A DNA stretch of 64,000 bases from Candidatus Spongiisociaceae bacterium (GTDB lineage Bacteria; Actinomycetota; Acidimicrobiia; Spongiisociales; Spongiisociaceae), in contig CBDCOH010000002.1 in NCBI GenBank assembly GCA_965219685.1, forward strand, positions 4,288,001 through 4,352,000. The letters are read 5' to 3'. This document shows positions 18,986-26,969 of this stretch, in pieces. The translations under genes and the position numbers were made by a program. Every line of letters starts with the position of its first letter. The stretch's first letter is position 1. The notes beneath the pieces were generated by a model that was given only the letters and a program-made list of their open reading frames with translations, ran no database searches and was not told where the DNA came from.

Positions 18986-19831
18986 ATGGCAGCAGTAGAG
19001 ACGCTGGGCGCCCAGGAGCGCGGTTTCACCTCCCTGGCCTCCAGAGTCGCCGGCCCCTTGATGCGTGCGCTGGAGGTCTTCCAGTCGAGTTGGACGATCC
19101 GGGTGCTCACGCTGGCAGTCATCCTCACCGGATGGGAAGTCTTCGGACGGCGTACCAGCACCGTCACGTTCGCGTCGGCAACCAGGACGCGTGACGCCCT
19201 CTGGGAGATGACCGTCAGCGGCGACTTGTGGAAGGCCTGGCGAGCTGACCTGGCCATCATGTTCACTGCCCTGGCAATCTCGGCAGTGGCCGGTATCCTG
19301 CTCGGCTTCCTGCTGGGACGCTACCGCTCGATAGACACGACTGTGGAACCGGTCTTCGTGGGTGTGTTCATGACGCCCAAGATCGCCCTGCTCCCGATCA
19401 TCGCCCTGTGGCTCGGTTACCAGTTCAATGCCAAGGTGCTCGTCGTGGTCCTGTTCAGCTTCTTCGAGGTCTTCTTCACCGTTCGTGACGGGATCAAGGT
19501 GACCAACGCCGAGTACGTGGACGTTGCGAGGTCCTACTCCATTCCCGAAGGCATGATCCTCACCAAGATCGTCGCGCCGGCCACCGCTCCCTACATCATC
19601 ACAGGGCTCCGGCTCGGCCTCCTCCACGGAATGGTCGGAGTGGTGCTGGCCGGATTCTTCCTCGAGGCGAACGGTATCGGCGGCCTCATCAGCAACCAGA
19701 CCAACGAGTTCCGGATGCATACGACTTTCGCCGCGATGCTGACCGTCATGGCGGTTGGAGTCGCCATCAACCTGAGCCTGCGCCTGCTGGAGCGCTGGGT
19801 GACACCTTGGAGTATCAAGGAGACGACATGA
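18986..19831 (+). CDS. ABC permease (NitT/TauT family)
   Basis: PKIALLPII, EAA-like loop YVDVARSY, PYIITGLRLG. Confidence 0.92.
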   Translation: MAAVETLGAQERGFTSLASRVAGPLMRALEVFQSSWTIRVLTLAVILTGWEVFGRRTSTVTFASATRTRDALWEMTVSGDLWKAWRADLAIMFTALAISAVAGILLGFLLGRYRSIDTTVEPVFVGVFMTPKIALLPIIALWLGYQFNAKVLVVVLFSFFEVFFTVRDGIKVTNAEYVDVARSYSIPEGMILTKIVAPATAPYIITGLRLGLLHGMVGVVLAGFFLEANGIGGLISNQTNEFRMHTTFAAMLTVMAVGVAINLSLRLLERWVTPWSIKETT

Positions 19832-20841
19832 CCGCCCAACGTTCGCCGGAGGAATCGGGCTCGCTCCCAGGCGGAGAATCGCGGCGCCCGTTCCGGCTGA
19901 GCCGTGTGAGGGTTCTGCAGTTGAGCGGCATCGTGGTGTTCCTGGCGTTCTGGCAGGTGTTCGGAGGTCGCAAGCCTGAGTGGTATTCCCAGCCCACCAG
20001 GACGCTGACCGAGCTCTGGTATCTGCTCGGGGCCGAAGAGGTACTCCCTTACATCGAGGGGAGCTTCTGGGAGCTATTCCTCAAGTCCTTGGGAGCGCTG
20101 TTGGTGGGCATCGTGCTCTCGTTCATCGTCGGGGTGACCCTCGGCTTTCTCATCGGCCGTTACCGCGTATTCCGGGTCGCGCTCGATCCCTACCTGGCGG
20201 CTGTCTACTCGGTGCCCCGGGTGGCGTTCGTGCCGATCATGGTGGTCTGGTTCGGTATCGCGGACAGCTTTCTGGCGGTGGGGGTCGAGGTCCCCCTTTC
20301 CAGGTTCGTGATAGCCAGCGTTGTGGTGGCTTGCTCGGTCCTGATCGCATTCTCCACCGCGGCGGGAGTGCACGAGCTCATGAAGGAGTACAACGAGGTG
20401 GCCTACGCCTTCAACCTCCGGGGCGGCAAGGGGGTAGTCGAGGAATGGGTGGGAGCAATCCTGCTCATCGTCGCCTTTCTTGCCACCGCAGCCGGATGGC
20501 TCAGCCTGATACAGGGTCTGGCGCTGGTGTTCGCCACGGTCGGTCTCCTGGTAGTCCGCGACCGGCACATGTTCTGGAAGATCCTCCTACCCGGAGCCGT
20601 ACCGTTCCTGGCGACCGGTCTGCGCATCGCGGTTCAGCGCGCCCTCATCGCGGTGATAGTGGCCGAGTTCCTGATCGGTGTGCCCGGACTCGGGTTCGTG
20701 ATACGCGACGCCCGCGCCGCTTACCACACCGACCGGCTCTTCGCCATGGCCCTACTCCTGATGGTGCTGGGCGGGACCATCGTCACCATCACGAAGGCAG
20801 TGGAGTCCCGGTTGTCCTCCTGGCGGCCCAGAGCATTCTGA
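19828..20841 (+). CDS. ABC permease (NitT/TauT family) with internal insertion
   Basis: PRVAFVPI, LPGAVPFLATGLRIA, AEF...GLG; ATGA overlap. Confidence 0.9.
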   Translation: MTAQRSPEESGSLPGGESRRPFRLSRVRVLQLSGIVVFLAFWQVFGGRKPEWYSQPTRTLTELWYLLGAEEVLPYIEGSFWELFLKSLGALLVGIVLSFIVGVTLGFLIGRYRVFRVALDPYLAAVYSVPRVAFVPIMVVWFGIADSFLAVGVEVPLSRFVIASVVVACSVLIAFSTAAGVHELMKEYNEVAYAFNLRGGKGVVEEWVGAILLIVAFLATAAGWLSLIQGLALVFATVGLLVVRDRHMFWKILLPGAVPFLATGLRIAVQRALIAVIVAEFLIGVPGLGFVIRDARAAYHTDRLFAMALLLMVLGGTIVTITKAVESRLSSWRPRAF

Positions 20842-21001
20842 ACAACCAGGAACGGGGGGATCCGATGCGATCCAGATGGCACGGAAGCGGGCTTGTCTCC
20901 CCTCCCGTCGATCGATTGGGGGATCCCGCCCACCCGCTCGCCCCGGGGCGTTTGTGAGCCGGCGCCCGGATACCCATCCGCTCCGGAGACCGGAGAGGGG
21001 G

Positions 21002-22003
21002 ATGACCTTCGGGGTGCTGCTCCCGCACTTCGGTCCGCACGCCTCCCGGTCCCGCCTGATCGAAGGCGTCAAGCTCATCGAAGATTTGGGATTCGACGCG
21101 GTGTGGGCCCGCGATCACCTTCTCTGGCACCCGCACAGCCACGAGGAGCACACCGACATGACCTTCCTCGAACCCTTCACGACGCTGGTCGGGCTGGGAA
21201 CCCTGGTGGAACGGTTGGTCATCGGGACCGGCGTGATGATCCCGGTGCGCCACCCGATCCGGGTCGCCCAGCAGTACATGACCCTCTCCTATCTCACCGG
21301 CGGACGGGTCATTGCCGGCTTCGGGGCCGGTCACGGGGGTGAGTTGCGGGCCGCGGGGATCGACCCCGACCGGAAACACCAGGCCGTGCTGGAGATGATC
21401 GAGATCGTTCGCCGGCTGTGGGTAGAGAACGGGGTCACTTTCGAGGGGGAGATCTTCAGGGTTCACCACGCTTCGCTCGAGCCCAAGCTCGAGCATCCGC
21501 TGCCAATCCTCTATGGGGGCCCCTCGCGGCGGGCAGCGCGGATAGCCGCCTGCCATGCGGACGGCTGGCTGGCCGGCACCGTCCCGCTCACCACGGTCGA
21601 CGCCCGGCTCTCCTACATGCGGGAACTTCTGGGCAGCATCGACCATCTATTTCTGTCGGTCACGCCCCGCACGATTCTCGACGAGGACCGGGATCTGGCC
21701 CGCAGCCGGGTGGACGTGGAGCGGATGTCGAGAGACGGCAAGCGAAACTGGGTGACCCCACCGCGGGGCGCCTTCCGGACCCTCGAGGACATCCGGGGCG
21801 TGGTGGTGGTTGGCGACGCCCATGACGTGGCGGCCGGCGTCCTCGAGTACTACAACCGTGGGTTCGACCACTTCACGTTCGACGTGCGCAACCAGTTCGA
21901 TCGCTTCGAGGAGACCCTCGAGGCGGTCAGCGGGTCAGTGCTGCCGATCGTTCGGGCGCAGATCGCCCGGGCGGACATGCCTCAAGCAGACAGGAGGAAA
22001 TAG
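21002..22003 (+). CDS. LLM-class oxidoreductase 3
   Basis: MTFGVLLPHFG...EDLGFDAVWARDH...DGWLAG. Confidence 0.9.
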   Translation: MTFGVLLPHFGPHASRSRLIEGVKLIEDLGFDAVWARDHLLWHPHSHEEHTDMTFLEPFTTLVGLGTLVERLVIGTGVMIPVRHPIRVAQQYMTLSYLTGGRVIAGFGAGHGGELRAAGIDPDRKHQAVLEMIEIVRRLWVENGVTFEGEIFRVHHASLEPKLEHPLPILYGGPSRRAARIAACHADGWLAGTVPLTTVDARLSYMRELLGSIDHLFLSVTPRTILDEDRDLARSRVDVERMSRDGKRNWVTPPRGAFRTLEDIRGVVVVGDAHDVAAGVLEYYNRGFDHFTFDVRNQFDRFEETLEAVSGSVLPIVRAQIARADMPQADRRK

Positions 22004-22006
22004 ACG

Positions 22007-22579
22007 ATGGGGATCGTCGATCACGGCAAGCTGAAGTCCAACTACCTGGGTGTGGTGGAGAAGTTGGCCGGCAACCACGCGGCCGGCCTTGTCCATCCCT
22101 ACGTGTCGGCCGTGACCATCGAGGACGTGAGCGTCCGATCGTCCTTCATCCAGTACGACCGGGAGTTCACCTTCTTCGGGGATGAGGCCTTCGAGCGGGG
22201 CGGGCACGAGCGAGGCCCGAGCCCCATCCGGTACTTCCTCAGCGGGATCGCCTTCTGCATGCTCGGCTGGTACGCCAAGGGCGCCGCATTCGCGGATTGC
22301 GAGGTCGAGGGTATGCGTATGAACATCACCACCCACCTCGACCTGCGCGGTGAGCACGGCTTCGAGGACAAGCCGATCCACATCCAGTGGCTGGTGTTCG
22401 ACGTCCACGTGGACAGTCCTTCCTCCGCCGAATCCGTGCTGGCCATGATCGACTGGGGCGACGCCCGGTGCCCGCTCGGCGCCTTCTCCCGGCGGGCGGT
22501 ACCCGTGTACACGGTCGTGCACCACAACGGAGCCACCATCCGGGATACGGTCCCGCGGGGGCATCGCAGCCAGGACTAG
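22007..22579 (+). CDS. OsmC/Ohr-family protein
   Basis: DE...GG...GPSP...SGIAFC and RCP: both conserved Cys present; AGGAGG RBS. Confidence 0.85.
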   Translation: MGIVDHGKLKSNYLGVVEKLAGNHAAGLVHPYVSAVTIEDVSVRSSFIQYDREFTFFGDEAFERGGHERGPSPIRYFLSGIAFCMLGWYAKGAAFADCEVEGMRMNITTHLDLRGEHGFEDKPIHIQWLVFDVHVDSPSSAESVLAMIDWGDARCPLGAFSRRAVPVYTVVHHNGATIRDTVPRGHRSQD

Positions 22580-22795
22580 TTGGTGATCGGTGGTTAAGTG
22601 TTGGATCGGGTCGTTTCCGGTCTCAGTCAGCGCGGCTCGGGTTCGTGGTCGCACCGACGAGGGCTCTCACGACGCGGAAGCGAGGGGATTCCGAGTCCAA
22701 GGACACGTGTAGACGAGCTGACAGATGCGTTGCGCGTGGTTGTGTGCCGATAGTACGGCGTAGCCGCTTCCGGTGAGACCCTTGGAACCGCTCGC
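22576..22795 (+). mobile_element. MITE-like dispersed element, copy A (left end missing)
   Basis: Collinear similarity to 53264-53485 (CTAGTTGGTGATC...CCGAGTCCA...CGCTTC.GGT.AGA.CC.TTGGAAC). Confidence 0.65.
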
Positions 22796-22843
22796 GGGGT
22801 CGGGGCGGCCATGAGCGGGCTCCGGGCCCGGTCATGGCAGGAG

Positions 22844-23662
22844 TCAGTTCTCGACCTTTTGGCCCGGGAGCAGCTTGTTCCAGATGTCGTAGCGCATGTC
22901 GGCGAACACCGGGTCGCGCTTGAGATCTCCCTCGGTCCGCGGGTAAGCGAACGGTACGTCTATGACTTCGTTGACCGTGCCGGGGTGCGCAGACATGATG
23001 GCGATCCTCCGGGATAGGAAGAGGGCCTCGTCGACGCTGTGGGTGACGAACACGACCGTCTTGCGGGTCTTCTCCCAGATCCTGAGTAACTCGATCTGCA
23101 TGAGCTCGCGTGTCTGGGCGTCCAGCGCCCCGAACGGCTCGTCCATCAACAGGATCTCGGGGTCCACGGCGAGCGCTCTCGCTATGCCGACCCGCTGCTG
23201 CATCCCTCCTGACAGCTCATGGGGATGGAGGCTCGCGAAGCTCTCCAATCCCACCATCCGTATGTACGTCCAGGCGATCTCCTCGCGCTCCGCCCTCGAC
23301 TTGCCCGCGGCCTCGAGGGGGAGGGTCACGTTGCCCATGACCGTCCGCCAGGGGAACAACCCGAATTGTTGGAACACGAAGGACCGGTCACGGCCGGGAC
23401 CGGTCACCGGTCTACCCGAAACCCTCACCTCGCCGACATCGTAGGGAACCAAGCCGTCCAGCACCTTCAGGAGGGTGGTCTTGCCGCAGCCGCTCGGACC
23501 GATCAGGCTGACGAACTCTCCGTCGGCCACGGTCAGGCTGGCGTCCCGCAGCGCCTGAACGGTCCCATGCTGCCTTCCCCGTCTGCCGAAGCGCGTGGAG
23601 GTCGTGCTGGCCTTCCGGTAGTACTTGTCGACGTGCTCGATCTCGATCTTCGGCCTGGCCAC
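22844..23662 (-). CDS. ABC ATP-binding protein (NitT/TauT family)
   Basis: GPSGCGKTT, LSGGMQQR, LLMDEPFGALD, VTHS. Confidence 0.96.
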   Translation of the reverse strand: MARPKIEIEHVDKYYRKASTTSTRFGRRGRQHGTVQALRDASLTVADGEFVSLIGPSGCGKTTLLKVLDGLVPYDVGEVRVSGRPVTGPGRDRSFVFQQFGLFPWRTVMGNVTLPLEAAGKSRAEREEIAWTYIRMVGLESFASLHPHELSGGMQQRVGIARALAVDPEILLMDEPFGALDAQTRELMQIELLRIWEKTRKTVVFVTHSVDEALFLSRRIAIMSAHPGTVNEVIDVPFAYPRTEGDLKRDPVFADMRYDIWNKLLPGQKVEN

Positions 23663-23728
23663 CGGCCCACTCCTCCCCGAACTGACAGAGCGACAAGAGG
23701 CGGACGTCAGAGGGACGTCCCGCTCATG

Positions 23729-23750
23729 TGTATACAGTGCTCTGTATACA
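23729..23750. promoter_or_regulatory. Inverted repeat TGTATACAG-TGCT-CTGTATACA, putative operator
   Basis: Perfect 9-bp arms sharing the TGTATAC core; between the divergent ATPase and MFS genes. Confidence 0.6.
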
Positions 23751-23891
23751 GACTAGCGGAGGCACGGACCCTGCTCGTAAGAAACCACGATTCCGGTGGG
23801 CACTCCCGCTCATTCCCGCCCACCGTACCCGACGCGGGGACTCCTGATCACGCGTCCGGTCCATCCGCACGGCCCCCGCAGGACCGGCTGC

Positions 23892-25265
23892 GTGGACACC
23901 GATAGAGGTCGGCTGTCCGCGACCGCCGTCCTGGCCATGGTGGCCGCGGCCGTGTTCCTGACCGTGGCCAACACCTCGGCATCGGCGGTCTCCCAACCCG
24001 CCATAGCTCAGACCTTCGGAGCGGGCCCGGCGGATGTCGGTTGGGTCGTCTTCGGTTACTCAGGTACCTTCGCCGTATCCACCGCCCTGTACGGGAGGCT
24101 TGCCGCCCGTTTCGGAGTGGGGAGAACCCTCTCGTTCGGGATCCTGCTGCTCGCGTCCGGTTCCCTGGTCGCGGTCGTGGCGCCGACCTTGCCGCTGGTG
24201 ATCGCAGCCCGGGTGATCCAGGGAGCGGGTTCCGGGGCCATCCCGACCCTCTCGGTAGCCATCCTCGCCACCAGGTTCCCGCCGGAACGGCGCCAGTTCG
24301 CCTACGGGATCGTCACCGCGGTCGTGGGCATCGCCCAGGCGCTGGGACCGATGATCGGTGGCCTGCTCGTGGACCTCATCAGTTGGCGGGCGGCGGTGGC
24401 AATCGGGATGCTGATCTCACCCGTTGCTGCGTTCATATGGTACGACCTGCCCCAGCGAGGGGACCCTACCCGCCGCCTGGACTACGCGGGTGCCGGCTCG
24501 GTCATGCTCATGATCGGCGGCTTCGTCTACGCCATCAACCGGTTCCCGGTAGACGGCGCCACGCTGCTGACCGGGGGCGCAGTGCTGATCGCCGTTCTGG
24601 GCAGCGTGCTCACCGCCTCTCGGGCGAAGCGCCACCCGGCACCGTTCATCCCCCTCTCGGTCGTGTGCGACCGGGGGTTTCTTCCCCTGGCAATCGCCGC
24701 CTTCGTGGGCAGTGCTTCCTACCTGGGTACGATCGTTGCGCTGCCGTCCGCCCTGTCCCGGGTCTACGAGATAGACGCGGTGGGGATCGGCCTGGTCATC
24801 GTTCCCGCCGCGGCCTCGGTCGCCGTCGCATCCACAGCGACCAGCCATGCAGTACGCCGCCTGGGCCATGCGGCTACGACGCTGGTTTCGCTGCTGTTCC
24901 TGATGGCCGGAGCGGGGTTGCTGGCCGCACTGGGGATCGAGCGCGGCCTGGGTTCGGTGGCCCTCATGGGGATACCGCTGGGTATCGGATTCGGACTGCT
25001 GACTCCCCCGCTGGTGGACGCGGTGACGAAACGCTTCGAAGGTCCGTCCCAGTCGATCGCCATCGGGATCTTCTACCTCGGATTCTTCCTGGGTGGATCA
25101 TCGGGTGGAGCGGTCACGACCGGGATCGTCCAACGCGACCTGTCCCTCCCCCTGCTGGGTTCGGGGTTTCCGGTCGGCGAAGCCGGGCTGGCTGCCTTGG
25201 CCTTGGCAGGCGTCATCATGATGGCGCGTCTGCTCAACCCGGATCCCCAACAGGGTGGAAGCTGA
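23892..25265 (+). CDS. MFS transporter, paralog of 549-1922
   Basis: End-to-end collinear with 549-1922; GTG start chosen by alignment. Confidence 0.9.
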   Translation: MDTDRGRLSATAVLAMVAAAVFLTVANTSASAVSQPAIAQTFGAGPADVGWVVFGYSGTFAVSTALYGRLAARFGVGRTLSFGILLLASGSLVAVVAPTLPLVIAARVIQGAGSGAIPTLSVAILATRFPPERRQFAYGIVTAVVGIAQALGPMIGGLLVDLISWRAAVAIGMLISPVAAFIWYDLPQRGDPTRRLDYAGAGSVMLMIGGFVYAINRFPVDGATLLTGGAVLIAVLGSVLTASRAKRHPAPFIPLSVVCDRGFLPLAIAAFVGSASYLGTIVALPSALSRVYEIDAVGIGLVIVPAAASVAVASTATSHAVRRLGHAATTLVSLLFLMAGAGLLAALGIERGLGSVALMGIPLGIGFGLLTPPLVDAVTKRFEGPSQSIAIGIFYLGFFLGGSSGGAVTTGIVQRDLSLPLLGSGFPVGEAGLAALALAGVIMMARLLNPDPQQGGS

Positions 25266-25384
25266 CCAGTGTCCCTCGGAGGCCGCTGTCAAGGAGTGGG
25301 ATCGCAGAGCGGTATCCTCGAGTACCGTGACCCGCCGAGACCACCGGACTCGAGGCAGATGAGCCAACTCGCGCAGGGAAACCC

Positions 25385-26461
25385 TTGAGCACCCCCAATA
25401 CCATGCGGGCGATGGCCCTGGCGAGAGTCGGAGGTCCCCAGCACATCGTCGCGACGAACCTGCCCGTACCGGAACCGGCAGACGACGACGTGCTGATCCG
25501 GGTCAGGACGGTGGCAGTCAACCACCAGGACCTCTTCACCATGTCGGGCCGGGCCCACAAGGCCAACCTCTCCTTTCCCCATGTCATGGGGATCGACCCG
25601 TCGGGAGTGGTGGCCGGATACGGATCCCGGGTCACCTCCCTGGGGATCGGGCAACGGGTGGTCGTCAAACCCCCCATAGCCTGCGACGCTTGCGACTTCT
25701 GCGCCCGGGGCGAGGACGACTCCTGCCCCTCCCTCCACAACGTGGGAGTGCACCGCTGGGGCGGCCACGCCGAATACGTCACGGTGCCCGAACGCAGCGT
25801 GTTCCCCATCGCGGGCGGCGTGGCCCACACCAATGCGACCGCGCTGGCCCACTCGTTTCCCGTCGCCGAGCAGATGTTCACGCGGGTGGGGCTCACTGCG
25901 GACGACGTGGTGCTGGTAGGGGGGGCGTCCGGCGCTATCGGCTCCGCCGCCGTCCAACTCGCCAAGCTCGCCGGGGCGTTCGTGATCGGTGCAGCCGGCT
26001 CGCCCGATCGGACCGCACGAGCGGCCATGGCAGGCGCGGACGCGACCATCGACTACACCGCTGAACCCGAGTTCTCGGCCCGGATTCGCGGGATCGCCCC
26101 CGAGGGGGTCACCGTCTTCCTCGACCCCGCCAGCAACCCCCGCGTGTGGGACGAGGTGCTCAAGACGCTACGGAGCCGCGCCCGGGTGGTGGTCTGCGGG
26201 TCGCATGCCGGCCCGATGGTCCGACTCAACAACAACTGGTTGTTCCGGTCGAGGGTGGCCATCTATGGAAGTGCGGGATCCACTCGTCGGGGGATGCAGC
26301 GGTGCCTCGATCTGGCGGCAGCAGGCCGGATCGCCCCGGCGATCGACTCGGTCCGGCCGCTCAGCAGCATCCGGGAGGCGTACGCCGACCTGGGTTCGAG
26401 GCGCAACGTAGGCAAGATCGTCCTAACCGTATCGGACGGGGACGTGCAACAACGCGGCTGA
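25385..26461 (+). CDS. Zinc-binding MDR-family dehydrogenase/quinone oxidoreductase
   Basis: VNHQD, structural Zn CxxCxxCx7C, GASGAIG, GKIVL. Confidence 0.9.
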   Translation: MSTPNTMRAMALARVGGPQHIVATNLPVPEPADDDVLIRVRTVAVNHQDLFTMSGRAHKANLSFPHVMGIDPSGVVAGYGSRVTSLGIGQRVVVKPPIACDACDFCARGEDDSCPSLHNVGVHRWGGHAEYVTVPERSVFPIAGGVAHTNATALAHSFPVAEQMFTRVGLTADDVVLVGGASGAIGSAAVQLAKLAGAFVIGAAGSPDRTARAAMAGADATIDYTAEPEFSARIRGIAPEGVTVFLDPASNPRVWDEVLKTLRSRARVVVCGSHAGPMVRLNNNWLFRSRVAIYGSAGSTRRGMQRCLDLAAAGRIAPAIDSVRPLSSIREAYADLGSRRNVGKIVLTVSDGDVQQRG

Positions 26462-26484
26462 TGGGTCAGCCGCCCGTCTCTGGA

Positions 26485-26832
26485 CTGCCTGGGAAGCGCT
26501 TCAAGAACTCTACCAGCTGTACGAGGCTGACGACCGGAGCAGACCAACAAGGCAACGAGCCGATTCGCTGATCCCGCGACAGGCCGGATTCCCGAATACC
26601 GCAAGATCGTGGACTCGATCATCGCTCGGGGAGAAGAAATCTTGGTATATCGCGACAGCAGACGAGCATCCAACGGGGCCTCTCGAGGGGGATCAACAAT
26701 CTCCTCTAGGTCCTACACCGCGTCGCTCACGGGTTCACGAACTATGACAAACTACACAGCCCGGAGAATCCTTGTAACGTGACCCCTAAACACCGACAAC
26801 AGCAGCACCCAACCCCACGAAGTCGTGCAGCC
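26485..26832 (+). mobile_element. ISL3-family remnant (frameshifted transposase C-terminus and right end)
   Basis: Reconstructed EALQELYQLYE...IPEYRKIVDSII..GEEIL...ASNG..EG.NN..RVAHGFTNY resembles the ISL3 NGxxEGxNN...GFxN motif; ends CCCCACGAAGTCGTGCAGCC. Confidence 0.75.
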
Positions 26833-26969
26833 TCAACACCTAGGACGCCGGTTACCAGAATCCTAAAGGCTGGCGGGAGCTATTCTGACAGGCGGATTGC
26901 TACGGTCAGCAGTAAGGGCGGTCACGGCCCGCCCATCCGCGTACTCTCTATCGTCGTAAAGAGCCTTCC

